From the NCBI GenBank assembly GCA_049315725.1, contig JBMOJP010000001.1:27690-91689 (forward strand): a stretch of DNA of 64,000 nt, written 5' to 3'. The position numbers and the translations under genes are program-made. Under the pieces are notes generated by a model, which saw only the letters and a list, made by a program, of their open reading frames with translations, was not told where the DNA came from and did not search any database. The first letter of the stretch is position 1. Each line of letters opens with the position of its first letter. Source of the stretch: Chthoniobacterales bacterium. GTDB lineage: Bacteria > Verrucomicrobiota > Verrucomicrobiia > Chthoniobacterales > JACTMZ01. Below are positions 46,019 to 56,377 of the stretch, one piece after another.

Positions 46019-48433
46019 TTAGTTTTCCCAGATGAAATGTTCGAGGCGCAGGCGGCGTGCGCGCTGCGTCAACTCTTCGCGCTGCGGGCCGTTGGCGGAT
46101 GCCAATTTATCATAGATGGTAATAGCCGCAGGCCAATCCTGTTGATCCTCGAGCAGCCGGGCGGCCTCGAGCCCGGCCTTGTAGAACCAAAACTGGTCCG
46201 CCTGACTTCCCGGCGGCCGGGTCAGCACTTCGCGGTAAACCGCGAGGGCTTCGTCGGTCCGACCAGTGCGGGTCAGCGCCGTGGCGCGCTTGCACGCCGC
46301 CTGATCGCGCCAATCGGCCGGCGCAGCGATACTGGCGGCCAGGCTGGCGTAAACCGCGGCGGCCTCGCGGAACTTATCCGGGCTGTCCGCCGCGAGAGCG
46401 AAGAGGGTGTCGCCTTTTTCCATCAGCGCGGCGTAGCGAACCTCGTCCGGTGGTTTGGCCGCGAGAATTCGCTCATAAAGGGTGAGGGCGTCGTCAAAGC
46501 GGCGGGCGCGGATGAGCAGTGAGGCCTGTTCGAATCGCGCCCGGTAGCGGAGTGAAGAGGTGGTCTGGGCGATCTCGTCGAACCAGGCGAGTGCCCGCTC
46601 GTTGCCCTCGGTGCTCATGCTGCGGGAGGCAGACTGGGCGGCGAGAAATTTGGCGAGGGAGGCGGCCTCCGGGTTGGGCAGCTTGGCGGCGAGCCCGGTG
46701 AAGACGGACTCCGCCGCCGCATGGTTGCCGGCCCGGGAGTGCAATTCGCCAAGTTTGAAGGAAACATCCGTCGCTTCGGGCGCCGCAGGATAATCAGTCA
46801 AGAACTTGGTGCCGGCGGCCTCAAGCTCCTCCCGGGAAAGCGACCCTGCGCTGTCGGCCGCGAAAATTTCGGCGGCCCGCAGGGCGGCATCCCGTGGCGG
46901 AGTGTCCACTTCGTCGCGGGCCGTGCGAAGAATGCGTTCGGCGGCGGAAGGTTCGCCCCGGGCCAGACGCCATTCCGCCAAGGCGAGCTTGGCCAGGAAG
47001 GCGTATTCCACCGAGGGGGCGCGTCGGGCCAGCGCACCGAGACCATCGATGCGATCCTCCCGGGCCTCGGCGGTCGCGAGGAGAAACGACCAGCGCACCA
47101 ACTCGGGACTGGCCGGATCGGCCTGGCGCAGCACCTCGTAGGATCGGCGGGCGAGGGGAAGATCATCGGCGGCCAATGCGGTGATGAGGCCATTGGCCGC
47201 GGCGGCAGCGGTTTCCTGAGGAGTGGAAGCAAAGGAGAGAGCGGTGGCAAATGCTTCGTAGGCTCGGCGGTAGGCACCGTCGGCCGCGAGAGCGCGGCCG
47301 CGAAGGTCGGCCAGCAGGTATTGCGAGGCGGCCCCCGAGGACGCGGCGGGCATGCCATCGAGCAGTTGGAGCGCGGCGGAGGTCTGCCCGGCGGCAATCC
47401 GTGTCTCCGCCAGCAAAAGGCGGACGCGCAGGCTGTCTGCCGGCGACAGGCTCGGATCGGCCACCAACGGTTCGAGGGATTCGGCCGCGGCATCCGGGCG
47501 TTTGCGGGCCAGATCGAGTCTGGCCAGTTGCAGACGCGCTTCGAATCCGCGCCGCGTGTCTTTTTCGGCGGCCCAGGCGCGGAGCTCCGTCGAGGGATCC
47601 GTGCCAAGCTTGCCCTCGAGCAGTATCCATTGCTCCATCGTTTCGCGCATGACCCCGGAGTCCGGAGCTTCGGCGATGCCTTCGCGCAGCGTGTCGCGGG
47701 CGCGGTTGTCCACCCCAAGGGCGATGAGGGAACGGGCCAGTCCGAGGCGCGCGTTCTCCCGCACCCGCACGGGTGGGTTCTTGCTGGTCAGCACCGCACG
47801 GAAAAGTTCTGCCGCCTCGGATGGCCGGCTCTGCGCGAGGCGCAACCGGCCGAGCATCGTGTCGAGCTCGTCTGCCGGGAGTAAACCTTGATCTCGCGTG
47901 GTGGTTAGAGCCGCCTCGCTGGCGGGCAGGTCTCCGGCGGATAGTTGCAGGTCAAGGAACAGCCGCAGGGCATTTGGTTCCGTGGGTGGAGCGGCCCCCG
48001 CCGCGGCCAGGAGTCCGCGGGCCGCTGCCGTCTGCCCCTGCTCGAACCGGATGCGGGCGAGGAGCAGGGCCGCCTCGGATGACCGGGGGGCCAGCGGCTC
48101 GAGAATTTTGGCCGCATCCTGCAACCCCCCTTGGGCCGAAAGGGCCGCGGCGCGGAGCAGGAGAGCATCGGACGAGGTCCGGTCGGTCGGCCCATCCAAT
48201 GTGCGCAAGGCATCAGCTGGCCGCCCTGCGGCCAACTGGGCGCGGCCGAGCAGCAGCACGAGCGAGGGTTTGCCGGTCGCCGACGCGGTGCGAAGCGCTT
48301 CTTCGAGAGGTGCGATCGCGGCTTGCGGAAAGCCTTCCCGGATCGAAGCCTCGGCCTTTTCGGCGACGGTGGATTGGGCGGGCAGCGCGTGAACCGAGGC
48401 GAAGAGAAGGAGGATGGCGGCGGCTGTCTTCAT
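46019..48433 (-). CDS. large secreted TPR-like repeat protein
   Basis: 804 aa from ATG 48433 ([21 protein letters not shown] signal peptide). The Ala/Leu/Arg-rich helical repeats are TPR-like throughout. Its ATG overlaps the uvrA stop (ATGA). Confidence 0.75.
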   Translation of the reverse strand: MKTAAAILLLFASVHALPAQSTVAEKAEASIREGFPQAAIAPLEEALRTASATGKPSLVLLLGRAQLAAGRPADALRTLDGPTDRTSSDALLLRAAALSAQGGLQDAAKILEPLAPRSSEAALLLARIRFEQGQTAAARGLLAAAGAAPPTEPNALRLFLDLQLSAGDLPASEAALTTTRDQGLLPADELDTMLGRLRLAQSRPSEAAELFRAVLTSKNPPVRVRENARLGLARSLIALGVDNRARDTLREGIAEAPDSGVMRETMEQWILLEGKLGTDPSTELRAWAAEKDTRRGFEARLQLARLDLARKRPDAAAESLEPLVADPSLSPADSLRVRLLLAETRIAAGQTSAALQLLDGMPAASSGAASQYLLADLRGRALAADGAYRRAYEAFATALSFASTPQETAAAAANGLITALAADDLPLARRSYEVLRQADPASPELVRWSFLLATAEAREDRIDGLGALARRAPSVEYAFLAKLALAEWRLARGEPSAAERILRTARDEVDTPPRDAALRAAEIFAADSAGSLSREELEAAGTKFLTDYPAAPEATDVSFKLGELHSRAGNHAAAESVFTGLAAKLPNPEAASLAKFLAAQSASRSMSTEGNERALAWFDEIAQTTSSLRYRARFEQASLLIRARRFDDALTLYERILAAKPPDEVRYAALMEKGDTLFALAADSPDKFREAAAVYASLAASIAAPADWRDQAACKRATALTRTGRTDEALAVYREVLTRPPGSQADQFWFYKAGLEAARLLEDQQDWPAAITIYDKLASANGPQREELTQRARRLRLEHFIWEN

Positions 48434-51330
48434 GCCGGCAAGAGACGGCGGAGGTATTGTCCGGTCTGGCTGGCCGCCGCCTCGGCCACGATTTCCGGGG
48501 GGCCTTCCGCCACAACCAGGCCGCCGTGTTCTCCGCCATCCGGGCCGAGATCCACGATCCAGTCTGCACATTTGATCACATCCATGTTGTGCTCGATGAC
48601 AATGAGGGTGTTGCCGGCGTCGCGCAACTTCACCAGCACCTGCAGGAGAGTATCCACATCGGAAACGTGCAGTCCCGTCGTGGGTTCGTCCAGCAGGTAA
48701 AGGGTCTTGGAGCCACCGCGTTTCGACAACTCGGTTGAGAGCTTGATCCTCTGCGCCTCGCCGCCGGAGAGTGTGCTGGCCGATTGTCCGAGCCGGACGT
48801 AGCCGAGCCCGACCTCCTGCATGGTCGAGAGCTTGTCCGCCACGGTCGGAACGGCCCGGAAAAAGGAAAGGGCCTCGTCAACCGTCAGATTGAGGATGTC
48901 CGCGATGTTCTTACCCTTGTAGGTGATCTCGAGGGTTTCGCGGTTGTAGCGTCGCCCGGCGCAGACGTCGCAGGTCACATAAACGTCGGCCAAAAAATGC
49001 ATTTCAACCTTGAGCACGCCGTCGCCCTCGCAGTGTTCGCAGCGTCCGCCTTTGACGTTGAAGCTGAACCGCCCGGCGGAATAGCCGCGGACCCGCGCGG
49101 CGGCAACTTGGGAAAAAAGCTCACGGATGGGCCCGAAAGCGCCGGTGTAGGTTGCGGGGTTCGAGCGCGGGGTTCGACCGATGGGTGATTGGTCGACAAC
49201 GACGAGCCGGTGGACCTGGTCGGCGCCGAGGATGGCGTCGTGGGCACCCGGTGAATCTTTGGCCCGGTAGAGGTCGCGGGCGAGCGCGGCGCGCAGGATG
49301 TCGTTGACCAGCGTGGATTTGCCGCTGCCGGAGACACCGGTGACGCAAACGAGGCAACCAAGAGGAAAATGCGCGTCGGTGTTTTGCAAATTATTCTCGC
49401 GGGCGCCGATCACGCTGAGCCATCCCTCGCTCGGTCCGGCGACGAGCGCGCGCGGCGTGAGGGGCTGATGGCGGCGGGCCGGCGGCCTGATGCGCAACTG
49501 CCCGCTGAGGTAGCGTCCGGTCAAGGACTGGGGCGCCGCGGCAATCTCAGCAAAGGTCCCCTGCGCGACAATCTTCCCGCCGAGGGGGCCGGCGCCGGGG
49601 CCGATATCGATGATATGGTCGGCTGCGGCGATGGTGTCGTGATCATGTTCGACGACGAGGACGGAGTTGCCGAGGTCGCGCAGGCGTTTGAGCGTGGCGA
49701 TGAGGCGTTCGTTGTCCCGCTGGTGCAGGCCGATGCTCGGTTCGTCGAGAACGTAAAGGACCCCGGCCAGCCCGCTGCCGATTTGCGTGGCTAACCGGAT
49801 GCGTTGGGCTTCGCCGCCGGAGAGGGTTCCACTTTCGCGGCTGAGTGAAAGATAGCCGAGGCCCACCTCCTGCATGAAAGCCAGGCGATGCGAGATTTCC
49901 GCGACCACCTCTCCCGCGATGGCTTCATCCTGGGAGGAGAGACGGAGCTGAGCGATGAGCTCCGCCGCCCGGCTGATCGTCAGATCGCAGAACGCCTGAA
50001 TGTTGAATTCCTCCCCCGCGGTGCTGGTGAGGGTGACGCCAAGAATTTCCGGGCGCAGCCTTGCTCCCTGGCAGCGGGCGCAGCGGCGGCGATTCATCAG
50101 GGCCTTGAGGCGCTGGCGAAGGGACTCACCCTTGACCCGGGCCAGCATGTGCTCGAGGTGGGCCAGCAGGCCCTCGAACGGGCGGTTGATCGTCTGGCGC
50201 GCGGCTCCGGTGCCGAACTTCAGTTCCATCGCCCGGTCTCCCGAGCCCTGGAGCAAGAGTTCGCGGAAGGTGGCTGGGAGCTTGCCGAGAGGCACGTCCG
50301 TGCGCACGCCGGCATCGGCGGCCAGCGCGGTCGTCAGGGCGGCATAGTAAGTCTGCATTTTCGGCGTGCTCTTTCGCCAAGCCACGATCGCTCCGTCATC
50401 GAGCGATTTGTCTCCGTCAAGAATCAGATCGGGATCAAAGTAAGGCTCGGTGCCGAGGCCATGGCAGGCCGGGCACGCGCCGAGGTGGCTGTTGAAGGAA
50501 AAATGCTGCGGGGTCAGCCGGGGGAGGCGGAAGCCGGTTCGTGGATTGGTGAAGGCCGTCGAGAAAGGGTGGTCGGAAAAATGTTTTTCGCCCGGCGCCT
50601 GGACGGACACGAGAAGGAGTCCCTCGCCCCAGCGCAGGGCGGTTTCCACGGAGTCGGCCAGGCGCTGGAGCAGGCCGTCCTTGAGCACGAGCCGGTCCAC
50701 CACGGCCTCAATGTGGTGGCGGCGCCTCTTGTCCAGCTTGATGCGCTCGCTCGTGCCAAGGTCGGTGATCTGGCCGTCAAGGCGTGCGCGCACGAAACCC
50801 TCACGTTGAAGTTTCTCGATGATGTCGCGGAACTCCCCGACCTCGCCGCGCACCACCGGGGCGAGGAGGATGATCTTCGCGCCCGGGGGGAAGGCGAGAA
50901 TGGCGTCGGTGATCTGTTGGGCGGTCTGACGGCGCACGACCTCGCCCGTCTCCGGGTCGTGGGGCACGCCGAGCGCGGAGTAGAGGAGTCGGAGATAATC
51001 GTAGATTTCGGTCGTCGTGGCGATGGTCGAGCGCGGGCCGGCGGATGAGGTGCGCTGCTCGATGGCAATGGCGGGGGAGAGTCCCTCGACGAAATCCACA
51101 TCAGGGCGTTGCAGGCGGTCAAGGAACTGCCGCGCGTAGGCCGAGAGGCTTTCGACGTATTTGCGCTGGCCCTCGGCATAAAGGGTGTCGAAGGCGAGCG
51201 ACGATTTGCCCGAGCCGCTCGGACCGGTCAAGACGACGAACCGATTGCGCGGAATGACCACGTCAATGTTCTTCAGATTGTGCTGACGTGCGCCTTTGAC
51301 GCGGATGCTGGCGGGTTCAAGCGAAGGCAT
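48430..51330 (-). CDS. uvrA: excinuclease ABC subunit A
   Basis: [37 protein letters not shown], a second [10 protein letters not shown] Walker A and zinc-finger CxxC pairs; 966 aa. Confidence 0.97.
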   Translation of the reverse strand: MPSLEPASIRVKGARQHNLKNIDVVIPRNRFVVLTGPSGSGKSSLAFDTLYAEGQRKYVESLSAYARQFLDRLQRPDVDFVEGLSPAIAIEQRTSSAGPRSTIATTTEIYDYLRLLYSALGVPHDPETGEVVRRQTAQQITDAILAFPPGAKIILLAPVVRGEVGEFRDIIEKLQREGFVRARLDGQITDLGTSERIKLDKRRRHHIEAVVDRLVLKDGLLQRLADSVETALRWGEGLLLVSVQAPGEKHFSDHPFSTAFTNPRTGFRLPRLTPQHFSFNSHLGACPACHGLGTEPYFDPDLILDGDKSLDDGAIVAWRKSTPKMQTYYAALTTALAADAGVRTDVPLGKLPATFRELLLQGSGDRAMELKFGTGAARQTINRPFEGLLAHLEHMLARVKGESLRQRLKALMNRRRCARCQGARLRPEILGVTLTSTAGEEFNIQAFCDLTISRAAELIAQLRLSSQDEAIAGEVVAEISHRLAFMQEVGLGYLSLSRESGTLSGGEAQRIRLATQIGSGLAGVLYVLDEPSIGLHQRDNERLIATLKRLRDLGNSVLVVEHDHDTIAAADHIIDIGPGAGPLGGKIVAQGTFAEIAAAPQSLTGRYLSGQLRIRPPARRHQPLTPRALVAGPSEGWLSVIGARENNLQNTDAHFPLGCLVCVTGVSGSGKSTLVNDILRAALARDLYRAKDSPGAHDAILGADQVHRLVVVDQSPIGRTPRSNPATYTGAFGPIRELFSQVAAARVRGYSAGRFSFNVKGGRCEHCEGDGVLKVEMHFLADVYVTCDVCAGRRYNRETLEITYKGKNIADILNLTVDEALSFFRAVPTVADKLSTMQEVGLGYVRLGQSASTLSGGEAQRIKLSTELSKRGGSKTLYLLDEPTTGLHVSDVDTLLQVLVKLRDAGNTLIVIEHNMDVIKCADWIVDLGPDGGEHGGLVVAEGPPEIVAEAAASQTGQYLRRLLPA

Positions 51331-51413
51331 AATCGACCATCGGCAAGAATAACCGGACCGACCACCAAGGCGGAAGGGTATTGTCGTCCCTTGGAAACAT
51401 CCGCGAAGCGGCT

Positions 51414-53342
51414 ATGCTGGGAGCTGTGACTCCGACAGTGCGTTTTCTCCTCCTTGGCGGACTCTTCCTGGGCGGCGACGTTCAGGCCGCCTTTGATGTG
51501 CAGCGGCCGCCGCTTCCCCACGATGTGCAGACGATTCGCGCGGCCGGGTGGTCTGCCTCGGCTGCCGCCCTCGAGGAGCAGTTGGTGCAAGCCTATCGAC
51601 CCGCGCATGTCTCTCAGGTCGGGAGCACCTCGGAGCAGGCCTTCCGCCAGTGGCAGCGGCTCGCCCAATGGTCACGGCTGCTCGGCACACCGGAGCCAGA
51701 GGCATTGCGCGCCTATCTCGGGCGCCGGGTGCTGCTGAATCCCGAGAAAGAGAATGCCCTCCTCATTGTCCCGCCAGGGATGGCCCTGCCGAGCGACCGC
51801 AGCGGGCGGCCCTTGCCGACGGCCGCCGATAGACTGACCGACGCCCGGATTCCGGCGGAGATTTTGCAGCTGCTGTTGCCCGATGATTACACGCCGCAGG
51901 ATGGTCCGGTTGCGGCTCGGGCCAAGGAAGGGTTTTTAGCGCAGCTGGCCGGGGACCAGGAGTTCCTGCGGCAATTTTTCGGTCTTCTCTCGGCGGACGA
52001 TTTTCCGCCGGTGGCGTTGACGAGGCTGGAGCAAATCTACTCGGCTTATCCGCAGAGATGGACGGACTACCGATCCCTCATGCTGGCTTTCGCCCTGGTC
52101 TACGACCAGCGCGCGCCGTCTTTCTGGCCGCACCATCAAGTCGATCCTGCAGCCGTCCCTCGCCTGGACGAAACCCTGGCCGGACGCTTCGACTACTTTG
52201 TCCAGGCCAACGAGGGCCGGCGATTGGAGCACGATCTGCGCCGGCTCAGCGCGGCCGAATTGAAATTCCTTGTCGATGCGCCCGTGGCGCGGTCGGAGCT
52301 GGAGTGGGCGGCGAAAAATGTCCGGCCGCGGCGGGAGCAGTTCGAGCGTGTCCTTGACATGGTGACCTACGACCACCGCCGGATCGAAAAAGGCGTGTTC
52401 ATGTGGCCGCATGGAGTCTACCGGTTGGGCAACATTGAGCTGATGGGTGGTATTTGCACGGATCAGGCCTACTTCGCGTGCGTGGCCGGGAAGGCCAAGG
52501 GCATCCCCACGCTTTACTTCGCGGGGCAGGGGACAGATGGCGGGCACGCATGGTTCGGTTTCCTTGGCGGCAATGGAAAATGGCAGCTCGATGCGGGCAG
52601 GTATCGAACCCAAAATTACTCGGTCGGCGGGGCTCTCGACCCCCAGACATGGCTGCCCATTTCCGACCATGAATTGGAATACCTCTCCGGGGTCGCGACG
52701 CAGTCTTCCGAGATGGATGCAGCCATGGGCGACCTCGCCATGGCAGGCATTTTCGTCCGTCAAGGTCAGGTCGAGCCGGCCTTGGCCGCGACGGAGAGCG
52801 CGCTCTATCGGGCTCCTCGGCTGGTGGCTGCGTGGGAGGCCAACGAGAACGCCCTGATCTTGGCGGGACGGAGCAGCCAACTGGGCGAGTTTTACGCGCG
52901 GGCCATTGATTTCTTCCGTCGGGAGGAGGACCTGCGGGTGCGCTACCAGACGAGGCTGGCGGCCTGGCAGCGGGACGGCGGAAATGCCGCTGGCGCTCAA
53001 AAGATCGAGGAGCGCATGGTTCGGGAGAATCGCGTGGAGCGGGCGGACCTCAGCGCCGCGGCGGGGGCTGATGCCGTGCTGGGGCGCATTCGGGCGGGCG
53101 ATTACGAGGGCGCGATGAGGGAATACCGCTCGCTGGCCACAAAAATCGGCCGCACCGGCGGGGGGAATTTTTTCTACGGGGTGGTGCGGCCGCTGGTCCT
53201 CGAACTGCGCGCGGCGGGAAAAACGAAGGAGGCTGAGCGGGCTTTGGAGCAGGCCCGCCGCGCCATGACATTCGAGGCGGACAGCATTATCGCCCGCGAG
53301 TTTTCCGAGTTGGAAAAAGGTGCGACCAAGCCAGTTCAGTAG
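51414..53342 (+). CDS. secreted transglutaminase-like (Cys-His-Asp core) protein with a helical-repeat C-terminus
   Basis: Signal-like N-terminus. GGICTDQAYFACVAGKAKGIPTLYFAGQGTDGGHAWFGF resembles a transglutaminase-core Cys...His arrangement. ATG 51414 lies within ORF 51381..53342. Confidence 0.6.
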   Translation: MLGAVTPTVRFLLLGGLFLGGDVQAAFDVQRPPLPHDVQTIRAAGWSASAAALEEQLVQAYRPAHVSQVGSTSEQAFRQWQRLAQWSRLLGTPEPEALRAYLGRRVLLNPEKENALLIVPPGMALPSDRSGRPLPTAADRLTDARIPAEILQLLLPDDYTPQDGPVAARAKEGFLAQLAGDQEFLRQFFGLLSADDFPPVALTRLEQIYSAYPQRWTDYRSLMLAFALVYDQRAPSFWPHHQVDPAAVPRLDETLAGRFDYFVQANEGRRLEHDLRRLSAAELKFLVDAPVARSELEWAAKNVRPRREQFERVLDMVTYDHRRIEKGVFMWPHGVYRLGNIELMGGICTDQAYFACVAGKAKGIPTLYFAGQGTDGGHAWFGFLGGNGKWQLDAGRYRTQNYSVGGALDPQTWLPISDHELEYLSGVATQSSEMDAAMGDLAMAGIFVRQGQVEPALAATESALYRAPRLVAAWEANENALILAGRSSQLGEFYARAIDFFRREEDLRVRYQTRLAAWQRDGGNAAGAQKIEERMVRENRVERADLSAAAGADAVLGRIRAGDYEGAMREYRSLATKIGRTGGGNFFYGVVRPLVLELRAAGKTKEAERALEQARRAMTFEADSIIAREFSELEKGATKPVQ

Positions 53343-53836
53343 TGGGTCTTGTCCGGCTTGGCCTCATAGCGCCGCCAAAGATCCAGCATCTCCTCCCGCA
53401 GGCACTGCGCGGCGGGCACCAATCGTTCGCCAATGGGCTTGGCCAGGTCTTCGTAAATCGGCTGATCGTCAAACTGCCCGTAGTTAAGGGCGTCCGCGAT
53501 GGTTGAGGCATAGACGACGCGGTCGATTCGCGCCCAAAAAATTGCCCCGGCACACATCGGGCATGGTTCACCCGTGGTGTAGAGCGTGCAACCGGAGAGA
53601 TTGAATGTTCCGAGGTTCCCGGCCGCGGTGCGAATGGCCTCCATTTCGCCATGCCAGGTCGGATCGTTTTCGGTCACCACATGGTTCGAGCCCTCGGCGA
53701 CGATTTTTCCGTCTTTGACAATGACACAACCGAAGGGGCCGCCGGTGCCCTCAACGAGCGCAGCCTTTTCGCCCAGGCTAATGGCGCGACGCATGAACGC
53801 CTCGTCTTCGGTGGTGGGAGAGCGGAAATCCATCAC
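53336..53836 (-). CDS. CMP/dCMP-type zinc deaminase (guanine deaminase / nucleoside deaminase-like)
   Basis: HGEMEAI ... PCPMCAGAI zinc-binding motifs; 166 aa. Confidence 0.85.
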   Translation of the reverse strand: MMDFRSPTTEDEAFMRRAISLGEKAALVEGTGGPFGCVIVKDGKIVAEGSNHVVTENDPTWHGEMEAIRTAAGNLGTFNLSGCTLYTTGEPCPMCAGAIFWARIDRVVYASTIADALNYGQFDDQPIYEDLAKPIGERLVPAAQCLREEMLDLWRRYEAKPDKTHY

Positions 53837-53845
53837 CTCGGATGT

Positions 53846-54124
53846 TCAGGCTTGCGCCCTCACAACTTCCTTCTCCCGGTCGCGCTTTTCCTCGAAGCGG
53901 CGGATTTCGTCCGCGAGCTGCCGTTGCAGCTGGCTGAGTTCCTCGGTGGCCCCGGTGGCTCGGGCCTTGGCGATCTCGGCCTGGAGGAGAAGCTCCTTGG
54001 CGGCGATGTCGGCCCGGCACTTGGCCTCGAGTGCGGCGATGCGTTCTTTTTGATCGTCGTTCAGTTGTGTGCCCGGAGACTCGGCTTCGAGGCGACCCAT
54101 GGCAATTTCGTAGGCGGATTTCAT
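53846..54124 (-). CDS. small coiled-coil protein (hypothetical)
   Basis: 92 codons from ATG 54124 (MKSAYEIAMGRLEAE...EKRDREKEVVRAQA), entirely helical and charged. Confidence 0.5.
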   Translation of the reverse strand: MKSAYEIAMGRLEAESPGTQLNDDQKERIAALEAKCRADIAAKELLLQAEIAKARATGATEELSQLQRQLADEIRRFEEKRDREKEVVRAQA

Positions 54125-54203
54125 GGTTGTATCGTAGTTCCCGGACGGCCGGCTGGCAACCGCGGCTGGCTCGCCGGCTGGGGTTGGGGTAAAAGAAAAG
54201 GGT

Positions 54204-54977
54204 ATGGCCATCCGACTGCTCAGCACCGACTTCGATGGAACGCTCATCGGCCATCATCCCGATGCCCGCACGGCCGCCTCCCTCGGCACGGCCCTCAAGG
54301 ATTTGCGAAAGCATGGGGCCATCTGGGCGGTCAACACGGGGCGTCAACTTTGGTTTGCTCTTGAGGGACTCGAGCGATCCCACCTGCCGCACGATCCGGA
54401 TTATGTTCTGGCCAGCGAGAAGGATATTTTTCACCGCGTAGAGGAGGGGAGCTGGGAGGCCTTCGGCGATTGGAATGCTCGCATAGAGGAACGCACCGTG
54501 GCCCTCTTCGGGCGGGCTGGCCATGTGCTCACCGCGATCGAGAACATGGTGGAGAGGGAGGATGGTATCGAGGTCCTTTACGAGGACACCCGCATGACCG
54601 GGTTGATGACAGCGGACACCGCGACGATGGACCGTGCGGTCGAGATGATCCGCGCCGTCTCCTCGGACGTGCCTGAATTTTCCTTCAATCGCAACGATGT
54701 GTGGATGCGGTTCGCCCATCGCGAGATTCACAAGGGATCATCCCTTGGGGAGTTGGCCCGTTTGCTCGGGATTGACCGACGGGAGGTGCTGGCCGTGGGT
54801 GATCACCACAATGACATTCCGATGTTGGACGGCTCAGCCGCCGGAATGGTGGCCTGCCCGTCGAATGCCGTCGAGGAGGTCAAGCGCGTGGTGCGGGCCG
54901 CCGGCGGCTATGTCAGCCCGCATCCCTGGGGCGAGGGGGTGGCGGATGCGATTCGCCACTTTGCTTCGATCAGTTGA
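54204..54977 (+). CDS. HAD-superfamily (Cof-like, IIB) phosphatase
   Basis: LLSTDFDGTLIG (DxDGT) and AVGDHHNDIPML motifs. Confidence 0.8.
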   Translation: MAIRLLSTDFDGTLIGHHPDARTAASLGTALKDLRKHGAIWAVNTGRQLWFALEGLERSHLPHDPDYVLASEKDIFHRVEEGSWEAFGDWNARIEERTVALFGRAGHVLTAIENMVEREDGIEVLYEDTRMTGLMTADTATMDRAVEMIRAVSSDVPEFSFNRNDVWMRFAHREIHKGSSLGELARLLGIDRREVLAVGDHHNDIPMLDGSAAGMVACPSNAVEEVKRVVRAAGGYVSPHPWGEGVADAIRHFASIS

Positions 54978-56091
54978 TCAGGCCCCAGCGCCCAAGGAAG
55001 GGCCAGTAGACCACGAGGCCGCGCCCGACCACGTTCTCGGCCGGGACCGGTCCGAAATAGCGGCTGTCACTGCTGTTGTAACTGTTGTCGCCGAGGGCAA
55101 AGTAGGCGTGCGGCGGGACGGTGAATGTCTCATCGGGTGAGCCGAGCATGGGGAAAGCCCCGCCGCCCGCACTGGCGTTAGAATAACCCTCGTAGCCGTC
55201 CCGGGCGGCCATGACCCGACGAAAGGGCGGCTGCGTGGGTATCTCTCCGTCGATGTAGAGGTTCGGCGGGCCGATGCGGAGGGTCTGTCCGCTCAGGGCG
55301 GCCAGTCTCTTGATGTAGTATTGCGAGCCCATGCCCGGTGCGATGCTGGCTTCGATCCGGCGAATGCCCGTGGTGCGGAAGACGAAGACATCCGCCGCGG
55401 CGGGCCGGACAAAATTGTAACTTACTTTGTCCACGAAAAGCTGGTCGCCTGAATCCGCGTGACCCCGCACGATGGGTTGGCCGGCATGCAGCTGGCGGCC
55501 GGGGGCAATCTTGAAGTCGCGCCGGACGACGTCCAGCGGCGCGGGGACGCGGTAGGTGCGGCTGCGCGTAATGATCTCCGTCGAGGTGAAGAAATGGAAC
55601 TGGGAGATTTCGCGCAGCCCGATAATGGCGTCATCCTCCTGCGCGGTGACGTCGATGTAGGTCCGGCCGCGCAGGATGAATTCAGCCGCCTGCCGTGGCC
55701 ACGAGGGCGGCGGATCGACCGTCGGGGTTCCCGTCACGCCGTAGAGCGTCGGCTGCATCGAGCCCGTCGGGATTTTGAAGGGCTGCAGGAAATAGGCGCG
55801 GACCCCGAGGGCAATGACGAGGGCGACAAGGATAACCTCGGTGTTTTCGCGCAACCCGGCCAGGTTCGGTCGCGGCGCCGCCTGGTCGAAAAGGTCGTGC
55901 AGCTTCCGCGTCGATTGCTCGATGTCCTCGCGCGAAAGCATGCGGAGGGCGACCTCCAGGCGGGTGATGCCTTCGCGCAGTCCGATGATTTGCTTCTCCG
56001 GCAACACATCACTGCGGTAGCGGAGGAGCTTGCGGGCCGCCCGCAGGACCAACTTGGCTTCCTTGCGGTGGCGGGAGGTGAGAAAAAACAT
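54970..56091 (-). CDS. lepB: signal peptidase I with a long cytoplasmic N-terminal extension
   Basis: IPTGSMQPTLYG (catalytic Ser), YIKRL and FALGDNSYNSSDSRYFGPVP boxes. ATG 56091 is chosen (MFFLTSRHRK). Confidence 0.88.
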   Translation of the reverse strand: MFFLTSRHRKEAKLVLRAARKLLRYRSDVLPEKQIIGLREGITRLEVALRMLSREDIEQSTRKLHDLFDQAAPRPNLAGLRENTEVILVALVIALGVRAYFLQPFKIPTGSMQPTLYGVTGTPTVDPPPSWPRQAAEFILRGRTYIDVTAQEDDAIIGLREISQFHFFTSTEIITRSRTYRVPAPLDVVRRDFKIAPGRQLHAGQPIVRGHADSGDQLFVDKVSYNFVRPAAADVFVFRTTGIRRIEASIAPGMGSQYYIKRLAALSGQTLRIGPPNLYIDGEIPTQPPFRRVMAARDGYEGYSNASAGGGAFPMLGSPDETFTVPPHAYFALGDNSYNSSDSRYFGPVPAENVVGRGLVVYWPFLGRWGLIN

Positions 56092-56149
56092 AAGGAACAG
56101 TAACGGTGGCCAGTCTCTCTGCCGCGGACAAAAAGGCAATCCCGCGCCG

Positions 56150-56377
56150 TCAGACCATTTCGTCCGGCTCGAGGCGCGCGCGGTCGAGCAAGGCAGAGGC
56201 TTCGTCAATCGTCCCGAGCGCGGATGAGATTTCGTCAAGCGCGGCGGATACAGGCGACAAGCCCGAGCGGGGCAAATCCTGCAAGGCCAACTGGGCGCCC
56301 TGCAGGGCGTTGCGGGCCTGTTGCAGGGAGCGGTCGGCTGCGCGGAGGCGCTTGGCCCGCGGGTCAAGGGAGTTCAC
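56150..56377 (-). CDS. hypothetical 75-aa helical protein, GTGA-coupled to the upstream Cys-rich peptide gene
   Basis: GTG 56377 overlaps the TGA of the peptide ORF. VNSLDPRAKRLRAADRSLQQARNALQGAQLALQDL...IDEASALLDRARLEPDEMV. There is no family recognition, and in this GC-rich DNA the frame could be fortuitous. Confidence 0.3.
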   Translation of the reverse strand: MNSLDPRAKRLRAADRSLQQARNALQGAQLALQDLPRSGLSPVSAALDEISSALGTIDEASALLDRARLEPDEMV

